Shown piece by piece: positions 47,961 through 57,447 of a DNA stretch of 64,000 nt (its first letter is position 1; every line of letters begins with the position of its first letter). The notes under the pieces were generated by a model. It had not been told where the DNA came from. It saw only the letters and a list, made by a program, of their open reading frames with translations, and did no database searches. The DNA lies in the NCBI RefSeq assembly GCF_050896395.1, contig NZ_JBPBBA010000015.1, positions 10,104-74,103 on the forward strand, in the 5' to 3' direction. The position numbers and the translations under genes were made by a program. The DNA comes from Nioella aestuarii. GTDB taxonomy: Bacteria; Pseudomonadota; Alphaproteobacteria; Rhodobacterales; Rhodobacteraceae.

Positions 47961-48467
47961 CTAATATGGGTCAGGGATACCCATGGTTGCAAGGATACGC
48001 GTCTCGATTGCTTCCATATGGGCGGCATCGGGATCATTTATGTGATCAAAACCCAACAGATGCAGGGTCGCATGTACAAGAAGATGACTGATATGGTCTT
48101 CTAGGGGCTTATTCTGGTCCGCCGCCTCGCGCGCACAGGTCTGAAAGGCAATCGCGATGTCTCCCAGCTCGTAGGGTGAACCCTGAGGGTCCGGCTTCGG
48201 CAATTCAGGTGTCTGACCAAGAGGAAGGTCGATTTCATCCGCTGGCCATGACAGGACATTCGTCGGTTGCGCCTTGGCGCGAAAACCAGCGTTCAAATCC
48301 GCGATTCTGTCATCGTCGCAGGCGAGCAGGGCAATTTCGAAATGTTCCGGGACAAGCCCCAACCCTGTCAGCGCCGCACCGCAGGCCCGCTCTGCCAAAG
48401 CGTCAAGGTCCACAACATCCCAGTCGGGGGCTTCGACGATGACATCTACAAGTGAATGTTCCGTCAT
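47961..48467 (-). CDS. ybeY: rRNA maturation endoribonuclease YbeY
   Basis: HxxxHLLGFDH zinc motif (HATLHLLGFDH). Confidence 0.85.
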   Translation of the reverse strand: MTEHSLVDVIVEAPDWDVVDLDALAERACGAALTGLGLVPEHFEIALLACDDDRIADLNAGFRAKAQPTNVLSWPADEIDLPLGQTPELPKPDPQGSPYELGDIAIAFQTCAREAADQNKPLEDHISHLLVHATLHLLGFDHINDPDAAHMEAIETRILATMGIPDPY

Positions 48468-48482
48468 CTGGCGCACCAGAAC

Positions 48483-48570
48483 GAAGAATTTTCCCGAAAA
48501 TTCTTCCGACCCTCAAAAATCTTCAAGAAGATTTTTGCTGCGTTCGAAAAATCTTGGATCAAGATTTTTC
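48483..48570. repeat. Tandem array of three AT-rich palindromes (24, 24 and 25 bp) filling the phoH-ybeY intergenic region
   Basis: The three units are GAAGAATTTTCCCGAAAATTCTTC, CAAAAATCTTCAAGAAGATTTTTG and GAAAAATCTTGGATCAAGATTTTTC. Arms are a perfect 11 bp with 2-3 nt centres. Confidence 0.8.
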
Positions 48571-48572
48571 CC

Positions 48573-49601
48573 TCACCCGCGCGCTGCCGGATCGTCGGCA
48601 TCATAGGCTTCGATGATCTTCGCTACCATCGGATGACGCACGACATCCTTGGCGGTGAAGTAGTTGAAGCTGATGCCTTTGATCCCTTCGAGAATGCGCT
48701 CAGCTTCTCTCAGCCCGCTGGTCACGCCCCTTGGCAAGTCAACCTGACTGCGGTCACCGGTAATGACCATGCGGCTACCTTGCCCAAGCCGGGTCAGGAA
48801 CATCTTCATCTGCATGCCAGTCGCATTCTGAGCTTCATCCAGAACCACATAGGCATTGGACAGCGTTCGTCCGCGCATGAAGGCCAGTGGCGCAATTTCG
48901 ATGCGCTTTTCTTCGATCAGCTTGGCCAGTTGCTTGCCCGGCAGAAAATCGTTCAGCGCGTCGTAAAGCGGCTGCATGTAGGGATCGACCTTGTCCTTCA
49001 TGTCCCCGGGCAGGTAGCCGAGCTTTTCGCCCGCTTCCACCGCCGGGCGGCTGAGGATGATCCGGTCAACATGGCCGTTGATCATCTGGTTCACGGCCAC
49101 AGCCACCGCAAGATAGGTCTTACCAGTGCCCGCCGGTCCGATTCCGAAGGCCAGTTCATGGGTGAAGAGAGCCTTGACATATTCTTGCTGTGCCTTGGTG
49201 CGCGGCTCTACCGTTTTCTTGCGGGTCTTGATCTCCAGGTCACCGGTCTGGAACATCTCCATCTGGTCGCCATCGCGCGCGCCTGTTCCTTCGTCCGAAT
49301 TCCCTAGCCGCACGACTGCGTCAATATCTCCGGGCTCGATCGAGCGCCCCGACTCAGCCCGTTTGTAGAGCGTTTCCAGGGCCTTCGCGGCGTCGTCCCG
49401 AGCGCCGCCATGAACAGCCAGTGCATTGCCTCTGCGAACGATCTGCACGTCCAATAGATGCTCTATCTGCGCAATATTGCGGTCAAACTCGCCGCAAAGC
49501 TCGATCAGCAGTCGATTTTCAGGGAATTCTAGAACGCGCTCCAAAGGGGCGTCTGCGGGCGGAGGAGGCAGCGTGGTTGTCGCCAATGGGGTCTCCAGCA
49601 T
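48573..49601 (-). CDS. phoH: PhoH-family ATPase (YbeZ)
   Basis: The start is MLETPLATTT at 49601. Walker A GPAGTGKT. Confidence 0.85.
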   Translation of the reverse strand: MLETPLATTTLPPPPADAPLERVLEFPENRLLIELCGEFDRNIAQIEHLLDVQIVRRGNALAVHGGARDDAAKALETLYKRAESGRSIEPGDIDAVVRLGNSDEGTGARDGDQMEMFQTGDLEIKTRKKTVEPRTKAQQEYVKALFTHELAFGIGPAGTGKTYLAVAVAVNQMINGHVDRIILSRPAVEAGEKLGYLPGDMKDKVDPYMQPLYDALNDFLPGKQLAKLIEEKRIEIAPLAFMRGRTLSNAYVVLDEAQNATGMQMKMFLTRLGQGSRMVITGDRSQVDLPRGVTSGLREAERILEGIKGISFNYFTAKDVVRHPMVAKIIEAYDADDPAARG

Positions 49602-49702
49602 CGAGGTTGTGGAACCAGTGTGGCAACAGAGCGGGGCCAACGCAACCACTTGTGGGCGGTTGGGCGAGATTTCCCCATATCGTGATGAATTGTTCCGCAG
49701 AA

Positions 49703-49740
49703 TGAAAAGGGGCGGTGCCGATCAGACACCGCCCGTTTTC
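49703..49740. terminator. Bidirectional rho-independent terminator between the lipoprotein/OmpA gene pair and phoH
   Basis: GGGGCGGTG-CCGATCAGA-CACCGCCC hairpin flanked by AAAA on one side and TTTTCT on the other. Confidence 0.65.
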
Positions 49741-49755
49741 TACAGATGCGATCTA

Positions 49756-50121
49756 TTATCGCCGGTTGGGTACCCAGTCTCGGATACCGGCGGCACCTGC
49801 CCCGGCATCGCCAACAATAGAGCCCGGCGGTGCAATCGGGGTACAGACAGGCAAGCCAGTGACAGGGTCGCGGCGCGGGTCGATGTATCCCTCCAGGCCG
49901 TCATCGACGATCCAGTGCTGACACCCGTCCGGGTCCACCCAAATTCCGGCTTCCAGCTGTGTGAGGCTGCCTGCGTCGCGGCCCCGGTCATGTGCAATAG
50001 CATGCACCGGCGCAGGGTCGTTGGTGGGGGACACACCTTCGATCGTCTCGATACAGCCTGTCAGCACCAGGGCCGAGGCGAGCAGGGCAGACAGTTTCAG
50101 CGGTTTCAAAACACTCGTCAT
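49756..50121 (-). CDS. Small lipoprotein sharing a domain with the N-terminus of the adjacent OmpA-family protein
   Basis: Lipobox LVLTGC. The domain GIWVDPDGCQHWIVDDGLEGYIDPRRDPVTGLPVC matches GIWIDPDGCMHWVADGGVEGYMTSRVNPENGMPVC in the neighbouring protein. Confidence 0.5.
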   Translation of the reverse strand: MTSVLKPLKLSALLASALVLTGCIETIEGVSPTNDPAPVHAIAHDRGRDAGSLTQLEAGIWVDPDGCQHWIVDDGLEGYIDPRRDPVTGLPVCTPIAPPGSIVGDAGAGAAGIRDWVPNRR

Positions 50122-50126
50122 CTCGG

Positions 50127-50699
50127 TCACCTGTAGCACACGATTTCAACACGGCGGTTCTGCTGCATATTGGCAGCGCTGGTGTTCGGCACCCGCGGAC
50201 GCCGTTCCCCATAGCCGATTTCGCGAGCCACGCGCGCCCCGACCGAGCGGGCCACAGCAGCGACAGACGCGGCGCGGCGCTGCGAGAGGCCCATATTGTA
50301 TTCATCCGAGGCGCGGCTGTCGGTATGTCCGTAGATCGCGTAGGCAAAGGCCCCGGCGGAGCTAAAGAACTGTTCCAGATGCGCCCGCCCCGCTGCCGTT
50401 AGACGCGAACTGTCGGTCGCAAAAAGCGTATCGGTATTTGCAACGGCGCAGGTGTTCATCTCCATACAGACCGGCATACCGTTTTCGGGGTTCACCCGGC
50501 TGGTCATGTAACCTTCGACACCGCCATCTGCGACCCAGTGCATACACCCATCGGGGTCGATCCAGATCCCGGGCTCAATCGAGCCCGTTATCGCTCCGCC
50601 ACTTTGGGCAGAGGCCACACCCGGTAGGGTCAACACTGAAACGAAGGCCACCAAAGCAGCCAGAAACACCGATCTCAAACCTGGACTTAAAACGCGCAT
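50127..50699 (-). CDS. OmpA-family (peptidoglycan-binding) protein carrying the same N-terminal domain
   Basis: The start is MRVLSPGL at 50699 with AAGGGGG upstream. It has a signal peptide and a C-terminal OmpA-like region (GHTDSRASDEYNMGLSQRRAASV). Confidence 0.65.
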   Translation of the reverse strand: MRVLSPGLRSVFLAALVAFVSVLTLPGVASAQSGGAITGSIEPGIWIDPDGCMHWVADGGVEGYMTSRVNPENGMPVCMEMNTCAVANTDTLFATDSSRLTAAGRAHLEQFFSSAGAFAYAIYGHTDSRASDEYNMGLSQRRAASVAAVARSVGARVAREIGYGERRPRVPNTSAANMQQNRRVEIVCYR

Positions 50700-51149
50700 C
50701 ACCGCGACACCCCCTTTGGTTACCTTTACACATTCCCTTGGCGTGGCAGCGCCGGCTGGGAAAAGCCTATTTATTCGCAACAGTTTATCAATCCGCCGGT
50801 GTTTGGGAAGTCTGAAAAACGCCTGACCGGCGCTGTCAGACCGGAAACTTACCCGAATCAATCCCGTGCTTTGCTTGCCTCCAATCTGGCGAAATTTAGG
50901 CGGGAATGGGTTAACGGTGCGAAAACTGGCAGTGGTTGTTGCCCTGGCAAAGACAGTGTTGTCATGACCCTGGCACCGTTTCCCCTTTTGATCCCTTTCG
51001 CCTGATCGCCTTCACAGACCTTAACCGTTCGTTAAACTCTGGCGCATGAGTGGGGACGGATGGCCAGGTGAGAGCCATTCGAACCATTTCCCGGCCGAGC
51101 AGTGTGTTGGTTTCGCCCGTCTCAGGGCATGTAAAAAGGATTGGGGGAA

Positions 51150-51539
51150 ATGAAAGCTACACGCAAATCCCTTGCGGCAGTTGCCGCTTTGTTACTGTCA
51201 TCCAGCCCGCTTGTGGCAGATGGCTATCACGAACATGGCCACGGCCATTGGCATGGCAATGACGGACATGCGCATGAAAATGTGCAGGTTCAGCGGATCA
51301 CCGTTACGATCAGCTGTTTCCGCGGCCCGTGGCAGGAGGTGATCTGGGACCGCCCAGAACCGGTCTTCGTCGATAGCCTTGTTGCGGCTGGCTATACCTT
51401 CCCCGAGGCACATGCGATCTCGGAACGGGTTTGTCGCGACATCGACGGGGTCGATGACCCCGGCCACAGTCAGGCGGTTCTGGCGCAGATCTTCAGGGAG
51501 TCACCGCCGCACGCCTCGCATCGGCATTTGCAGAACTAA
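51150..51539 (+). CDS. Hypothetical secreted protein with an N-terminal His-rich segment
   Basis: Signal peptide followed by GYHEHGHGHWHGNDGHAHEN. No family recognised. Confidence 0.4.
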   Translation: MKATRKSLAAVAALLLSSSPLVADGYHEHGHGHWHGNDGHAHENVQVQRITVTISCFRGPWQEVIWDRPEPVFVDSLVAAGYTFPEAHAISERVCRDIDGVDDPGHSQAVLAQIFRESPPHASHRHLQN

Positions 51540-51582
51540 ACGCATGGCGGGGCGCTTATACCGCCCTGCCATGTCACCAAGC

Positions 51583-52908
51583 TCAGTCGGTGATCAGCTG
51601 TCCGGCCAATGAATTCGGCCCGCTTTCGATGATCCGAACCTTTTCGATCTGGCCAAGCAAATGCTCGGGCGCCAATGCGTGGACCGCGTGCAGATACTCG
51701 GACTTGCCGACCAACTGGCCGTCCAGCCGACCACGCTTTTCGAACAGAACCGACACTTCGCGCCCGACCATGCCATCCTGTGCAGCACGCTGCTGTTTGG
51801 TCAAAAGCGCCTGTAGCCGCTGCAACCTCTCATCCGCTACAGCGGCCTCGACCGGGGTTTTTTCGGCAGCCGGGGTTCCGGGACGGGCAGAGTATTTGAA
51901 CGAGTACGCCTGCCCGTATCCGACGGCTTCCACCAGGTCCATGGTGGCCTGAAAATCGTCATCCGTTTCACCGGGAAAGCCAACAATGAAGTCGCCCGAC
52001 AACAGCAAATCGGGGCGCGCAGCGCGGATGCGGGCAATCAGCCGGATATAGTCGGCAGCCGTATGCTTGCGGTTCATCGCCTTGAGGATGCGGTCCGATC
52101 CCGACTGAACGGGCAAATGCAGATAGGGCATCAGCTTGTCGCAATCGCCATGGGCGGCGATCAGGTCGTCTTCCATGTCATTGGGATGGGACGTGGTGAA
52201 GCGAATCCGGTCTAGCCCGTCGATCTTCGCCATCTCGCGAATGAGCCGCGCCAATCCCCATTCCCCGTCGGGACCCTCCCCGTGATAGGCATTCACGTTC
52301 TGGCCCAGAAGGGTGATCTCACGCACCCCGCGCTCAACCAACTCGTTCGCCTCGCGCAGCAGACGCTCGGCGGGACGGCTCACCTCGGCCCCGCGGGTGT
52401 AGGGCACCACGCAGAAGGCACAGAACTTGTCGCATCCCTCCTGCACGGTCAGAAACGCCGTGGGACCGCGCTTGGGCTTTCGCGCCTTTGGCAGATGCAG
52501 GAACTTGTCCTCTTCCGGGAAATCTGTGTCGAGCGCCTTTTCCCCCTGGGCCACGGCCCGAGCCATGGCAGGGAGGCGGTGATAGGTCTGCGGGCCGACC
52601 ACCAGATCCACCATCGGCTGACGGCGCATGATCTCTTCGCCCTCGGCCTGTGCCACGCAGCCCGCAACGCCGATCTTAAGATCGGGATTGGCCTCGCGCA
52701 TGGGCTTCATCCGGCCAAGCTCGGAATAGACCTTTTCGGCCGCCTTCTCACGGATATGGCAGGTGTTCAGCAGGATCATGTCCGCCTCTTCCGCGGTCTG
52801 CACCTGCACATAGCCTTCGGACCCGAGCGCCTCTGCCATGCGTTCGGAATCGTAGACGTTCATCTGGCAGCCATAGGTCTTGACGAACAGCTTCTTGGGC
52901 GCGGACAT
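51583..52908 (-). CDS. miaB: tRNA-i6A37 methylthiotransferase
   Basis: A 441-aa ORF with the radical-SAM CxxxCxxC motif (CDKFCAFC), N-terminal MTTase cysteines and a TRAM domain. Confidence 0.9.
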   Translation of the reverse strand: MSAPKKLFVKTYGCQMNVYDSERMAEALGSEGYVQVQTAEEADMILLNTCHIREKAAEKVYSELGRMKPMREANPDLKIGVAGCVAQAEGEEIMRRQPMVDLVVGPQTYHRLPAMARAVAQGEKALDTDFPEEDKFLHLPKARKPKRGPTAFLTVQEGCDKFCAFCVVPYTRGAEVSRPAERLLREANELVERGVREITLLGQNVNAYHGEGPDGEWGLARLIREMAKIDGLDRIRFTTSHPNDMEDDLIAAHGDCDKLMPYLHLPVQSGSDRILKAMNRKHTAADYIRLIARIRAARPDLLLSGDFIVGFPGETDDDFQATMDLVEAVGYGQAYSFKYSARPGTPAAEKTPVEAAVADERLQRLQALLTKQQRAAQDGMVGREVSVLFEKRGRLDGQLVGKSEYLHAVHALAPEHLLGQIEKVRIIESGPNSLAGQLITD

Positions 52909-53046
52909 AGGGTGGGCTCCTGTCGGGTTTCAGGCCGCATGTATCGCATGCGACCCGCTGCTTCAATCCGGCCGGCGTGAGGCGTTTGCAAAATCGCAAC
53001 CCTGAGGGCAGAGTATGCGCGGGCAGCAAGAACCGGAAACCGGCAA

Positions 53047-53919
53047 ATGAACCATTCGTCCCTGGACCATTTCAAACGCCATGCCATAAGCACCCCCCTT
53101 GGCAAGGGCCCCTTTGCGATTGTCATCGCGGAGGACGCGACCGAGCTTGCCTCGACGCTGGATCACGTGACCCATTTGGGCTTTCGCCGGATTTTCCTTT
53201 TGCTGCCCGAGGATGTGGAGCTGCCCGAAACCTTGGCCGATCCTGATATCATCGACACGATCCGCCATCCCACCCGCCAACCCGGCACTGCGCAAACCAT
53301 CGTCAATGCGCTCATCAAGCTGGTTCCGGGGGAATGGATTCACTACTGCTATAACGCGGAATACCTGTTCTTCCCATTCTGCGAACAGCGCCGGGTGGGT
53401 GAGGCACTGGCCTTTGTCACCGAAGAACGGCGCAATACGATCCTGGGTTATGTTGTCGACCTCTATGCCGAGGATCTGTCCAGATGCCCGAACGCGGTGT
53501 CGCTGGAAAACGCTCATCTCGACAGTTCGGGCTACTACGCTGAAACCCGGCGCAACGATAACGACGACGTGCTGGACCGGCAGCTCAATTTCTATGGCGG
53601 GCTGCGCTGGAGGTTCGAGGAACATGTTCCCGAAGCCAAACGCCGTATCGACCGGCCCGCGCTGTTTCAGGCCGTTGAAGGGTTGAGCCTGCGCGAGGAC
53701 AACACCCTGTCTATCGAGGAAATGAACACCTATTCCTGCCCGTGGCACCATTCCATGTCAGCCGCGATCTGTTCTTTCAGGGTCGCCAAGGCCCTGCGCA
53801 CCAACCCCGGTTCACGCCATGACGTGGACAATTTCCGCTGGCACAAGTCGACGCGGTTCTACTGGTCTTCACGGCAGCTGATGGAACTGGGTCTGATGGA
53901 ACCGGGGCAGTGGTTTTGA
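53047..53919 (+). CDS. Hypothetical protein, 290 aa
   Basis: A long ORF with coding-like composition and no recognisable motifs. Confidence 0.45.
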   Translation: MNHSSLDHFKRHAISTPLGKGPFAIVIAEDATELASTLDHVTHLGFRRIFLLLPEDVELPETLADPDIIDTIRHPTRQPGTAQTIVNALIKLVPGEWIHYCYNAEYLFFPFCEQRRVGEALAFVTEERRNTILGYVVDLYAEDLSRCPNAVSLENAHLDSSGYYAETRRNDNDDVLDRQLNFYGGLRWRFEEHVPEAKRRIDRPALFQAVEGLSLREDNTLSIEEMNTYSCPWHHSMSAAICSFRVAKALRTNPGSRHDVDNFRWHKSTRFYWSSRQLMELGLMEPGQWF

Positions 53920-53925
53920 AGGCAG

Positions 53926-54522
53926 CTACAGTCTGCCGGACTTGGCCCAGGCAATAGCATCCTCCAACCTGTCGTCGCCCCAGAAAACCTCGCCTCCCAC
54001 GACGAAGCTGGGGGATCCAAACACCCCGAGTGCCATTGCCTGCGCCGTGTCACGCGCCAACGCATCCACGATCCGCTCCGATTGTGCGGACTCCAGAACC
54101 CGCGCGGGGTCCTGTCCGATTTCAGCAAGGCTGTCGGACAGATTGGGGTCCTCGCCCGCAGGCTGGCCCGCTTCGAACCATCGCCGATATGTTGCCTGCG
54201 TGTAAGCTTCGCCCCAGCCCTCCTCGGCCCCGAGCAACGCCACCTGATTGGCCAGAACCAGACCGGGCAGCGGATAGGGCGCGGGAAGCTTCGGGTGAAG
54301 ACCGTAGCGGGGGGCGCGGCGTTCGATATCCCGCCACATATACGCGGTCTTCACAGGCTTGTCCTTGAAGGGAATGTTGTTCTGTTCCACCATCACGTGG
54401 CGAACGTTGAACGGTCGCCAGCGAATGTCGACACCTTCCCGTCGGGCGACTTCGGGAAGTCGCAAGATGGTCAGGTAGCTATAGGTGCTCCCTATGGAGT
54501 ACCAGAAATCTATTTGTGTCAT
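53926..54522 (-). CDS. DsbA-like thioredoxin-fold protein (2-hydroxychromene-2-carboxylate isomerase family)
   Basis: 198 aa. The N-terminal WYSIGSTYSY region is typical of HCCA isomerase / DsbA-family proteins. Confidence 0.7.
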   Translation of the reverse strand: MTQIDFWYSIGSTYSYLTILRLPEVARREGVDIRWRPFNVRHVMVEQNNIPFKDKPVKTAYMWRDIERRAPRYGLHPKLPAPYPLPGLVLANQVALLGAEEGWGEAYTQATYRRWFEAGQPAGEDPNLSDSLAEIGQDPARVLESAQSERIVDALARDTAQAMALGVFGSPSFVVGGEVFWGDDRLEDAIAWAKSGRL

Positions 54523-54637
54523 CGGGCCTCTCCACGCTGCAACATGTTAAATAGCTTAGCCTAAATTGCCCAAAACACAAAAAAGCGCGGCCCCGAGGGA
54601 CCGCGCCAGGTTCAACGAAGGGATGCCTGACGGGAAA

Positions 54638-55096
54638 TCAGGCAGGTTCACCCTCGATCGCCGGAACCCCGGCGTCAGAGGTGATCGCGATGCGGCGCGG
54701 TTTCAGCGCCTCGGGCACTTCGCGCACAAGGTCGATATGCAACATGCCGTTTTCATGGGTCGCGGCAGTGACCTTCACATGGTCTGCAAGCGTAAAGCGC
54801 TTCTCAAAAGCGCGGGTGGCGATGCCGCGATGCAGATAGGTGCGCGCGGTTTCGTCCTTTTCCTTGCGGGCCGCAACCACGAGCGCATTCTCGCGCTGCT
54901 CGACGCTCAGCTCATCGCCGGTAAAGCCAGCGACAGCGACAGAGATGCGATAGGCATTCTCGTCGATTTTCTCGATATTGTAGGGCGGATAAGTGCTGGT
55001 GCCGACATCCTGCGTCATCACTCGATCGAGCATATCTGCGACGCGGTCAAAACCGACGGAAGCACGGAAAAGCGGGGAAAAATCTTGGGTTCTCAT
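54638..55096 (-). CDS. Hsp20 / alpha-crystallin family small heat-shock protein
   Basis: Contains an alpha-crystallin domain (AVAGFTGDELSVEQRENALVV..., GMLHIDL). Confidence 0.85.
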   Translation of the reverse strand: MRTQDFSPLFRASVGFDRVADMLDRVMTQDVGTSTYPPYNIEKIDENAYRISVAVAGFTGDELSVEQRENALVVAARKEKDETARTYLHRGIATRAFEKRFTLADHVKVTAATHENGMLHIDLVREVPEALKPRRIAITSDAGVPAIEGEPA

Positions 55097-55190
55097 GGGG
55101 TCATCCTCTTCTTTGAGCGATACCTGACTGTATGGGCGATCTGATGAGACCCGCCCGGGTGAAACATCCGGCCCCTGTCGCGGGCACCGG
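55097..55190 (-). ncRNA. Candidate ROSE-like RNA thermometer in the hsp20 5' leader
   Basis: On the coding strand the leader ends ...UCGCUC-AAAGAA-GAGGA-UGACCCC-AUG, with an anti-SD-like UCGCUC positioned to pair with the SD GAGGA. ROSE elements are known upstream of alphaproteobacterial hsp20 genes. Confidence 0.3.
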
Positions 55191-55224
55191 ATAGATCAAG
55201 ATTTGGGATGCGATCCCGCCCGCT

Positions 55225-56058
55225 TCAAGGGGTAACGCGGATGAAACGCGCACCAAGCTCGTCCTGACCGTTATTGCCCATGGTCAGGGTCCGCAAACGC
55301 GGAGCCTCACGCGAAAAAACATCGTCAGTGCGATCCAGAAGATCGAGAAGAGGTGCCAGACCGCCTTGCAGATCCGCCGCCAGCGCAACCGGATCGTCAC
55401 GCCAATGCGCCATGGCCGATACGACCGATACAATGCCGGGATGTCCGCCGGTTGATACGAACACCGGCGACCCGGACGAGCCGGGCACAACATGGCAGCT
55501 AAGCACCTGCATCCGGCCATCGCCGGTTTCCACCGCACAGCCGTTCTCCAGCGACGCATGATCTTCCCGATCACGCCCGTAGGATACCACTTGCACCAGG
55601 TCGCCCTCTACCGCGCGGCCGCGCGCCGGGATCGGAACCACCTGATTGGACGGGATCGCGCGATCCAGCTCCAACAAGGCGATGTCCGTGCGAACCCGGT
55701 CCAGATCATCGGGCAGGTCGTATTCATAACCGGGATGCATCACCACCCGACGCACCCCGCGCAGGGCAATCGGCTGACCATTGCGCAGCCCGGCGCCAAA
55801 CCGAAACCCGGCCTCGGGCAGCTGCTGGCCGGTTGTGGGATCGAACAGGCAATGGGCCGCCGTCAGAACCAGATCAGCAGCAATCAGCGTGCCGGTGCAA
55901 AACCCTGTCCCGGTGTCGAACCGACCCACAGCCTGCCATTGCCGATCCAACCCGTCGCCCGTCACCTCTTGCAAGGGCGGGCCGGCAGGCGCAATCGTCG
56001 GCAGGATCTGCGCTGAGGCCGCAGTGGTCATCAGAAGAAAAGCCAGCAAAACACGCAT
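55225..56058 (-). CDS. Secreted trypsin-like (S1 family) serine protease
   Basis: Signal peptide. Catalytic His (TAAHC), Asp, and Ser (GSSGSP) motifs. Confidence 0.75.
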   Translation of the reverse strand: MRVLLAFLLMTTAASAQILPTIAPAGPPLQEVTGDGLDRQWQAVGRFDTGTGFCTGTLIAADLVLTAAHCLFDPTTGQQLPEAGFRFGAGLRNGQPIALRGVRRVVMHPGYEYDLPDDLDRVRTDIALLELDRAIPSNQVVPIPARGRAVEGDLVQVVSYGRDREDHASLENGCAVETGDGRMQVLSCHVVPGSSGSPVFVSTGGHPGIVSVVSAMAHWRDDPVALAADLQGGLAPLLDLLDRTDDVFSREAPRLRTLTMGNNGQDELGARFIRVTP

Positions 56059-56124
56059 TTTTTGACTACCCCGGTTTCAGGTCGGGGCAAGGATGCCAGC
56101 GGACTGGGGCAGAAGTTTGACCCT

Positions 56125-57447
56125 CTAGCGCAGGATTGGGACAGGAATCTCGCGCTTGCCCTCGGCATCCAGTGCGGGCGGGCGTGGCCCCCCGGTGGCC
56201 CAATCCAGCAGCTCGACGGTATGGACAATCGGCACCTCGGTGCCCGATCCGATCTGCATCATGCACCCGATATTGCCCGCCGCGATGATATCGGGGTTCT
56301 TCGCCTCCAACGTGCGGATCTTGCGGGCCTTCAGCTTGCCGGAAATCTCTGGCTGCATCAGGTTATACGTTCCCGCCGAGCCGCAGCACAGATGCGGGTC
56401 CGCCGGTTCGACAACCCCATAGCCCGCGCGCCGCAACAGGTCCTTCGGGAAGGTCTTGATCTGCTGACCATGCTGCAACGAACAGGCCGCGTGATAGGCA
56501 ACGGTCAGGCCCTTGTCAGACCCCTCTGGAAGATCGAGCTGCATCAGCAGTTCCGATATATCCATTGCGATCCCCGACACCGCCACCGCATCCTGTGCCA
56601 GCGGTTCGTTGCGGAACATGTGCCCGTAATCCTTGACCGTCGTGCCGCAACCGCTGGTGTTGATGACGATAGCATCCAAGCCGTCGCCATCCATCTCGGC
56701 CTTCCACGCTCGGATATTCTTCGCCGCCGAGCCATGGCTTTCCTTGGTCTTGCCCATGTGATGCGTCAGCGCCCCGCAGCAGCCCTGCCCATGCGGAATC
56801 ACGACTTCACAGCCCAAACGCCGCAGCAGCCGGATCGTGGCGTCGTTGATATCGGTGTTCAGCGCCTTCTGCGCACAGCCGGTCATGAGAGCCACCCGCT
56901 TCTTCCGTTCGCCGGTCGCCGGGAACACCTGCGGATCGTCGTTTCTGCTGACCGGCGGGATCTGCTTGGGCGCCATCGCCAGCATTGCCTTGAGCCGCGC
57001 ATCAGGCATCAGGAACGCGAAGGGCCGTCCGATCTTGGCCCCAAGCAGCGCCAGACGGAACCGCCCCGGATAGGGGATGATCTTGGCCAGCGTCCAGCGC
57101 AGCAGCCGGTCCATCAGCGGACGTTTGTAGGTCTTCTCGATATGGTCGCGCGCATGATCGACCAAATGCATGTAGTGCACACCTGACGGACAGGTCGTCA
57201 TGCAAGCCAGACAAGACAGGCAGCGGTCCACATGCTTGACGGTCTTCTCATCCGCAGGCCGTCCACTTTCGAGCATATCTTTTATAAGATATATCCGCCC
57301 CCGCGGGCTGTCCAATTCATCCCCCAGAACCTGGTAGGTCGGGCAGGTCGCCGTGCAGAAGCCGCAATGAACGCAGGCGCGCAAAATCTCGTTCGACCGG
57401 GCAAGCCCCGGGTCTTTCAACTGGTCGTCTGTAAAGAAAGTCTGCAT
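56125..57447 (-). CDS. glcF: Glycolate oxidase iron-sulfur subunit
   Basis: The start is MQTFFTDDQL at 57447, overlapping the glcE stop (TGATG). The track ORF continues further upstream. Two 4Fe-4S motifs (CVHCGFCTATCP, CLSCLACMTTCP) and CCG domains. Confidence 0.85.
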   Translation of the reverse strand: MQTFFTDDQLKDPGLARSNEILRACVHCGFCTATCPTYQVLGDELDSPRGRIYLIKDMLESGRPADEKTVKHVDRCLSCLACMTTCPSGVHYMHLVDHARDHIEKTYKRPLMDRLLRWTLAKIIPYPGRFRLALLGAKIGRPFAFLMPDARLKAMLAMAPKQIPPVSRNDDPQVFPATGERKKRVALMTGCAQKALNTDINDATIRLLRRLGCEVVIPHGQGCCGALTHHMGKTKESHGSAAKNIRAWKAEMDGDGLDAIVINTSGCGTTVKDYGHMFRNEPLAQDAVAVSGIAMDISELLMQLDLPEGSDKGLTVAYHAACSLQHGQQIKTFPKDLLRRAGYGVVEPADPHLCCGSAGTYNLMQPEISGKLKARKIRTLEAKNPDIIAAGNIGCMMQIGSGTEVPIVHTVELLDWATGGPRPPALDAEGKREIPVPILR

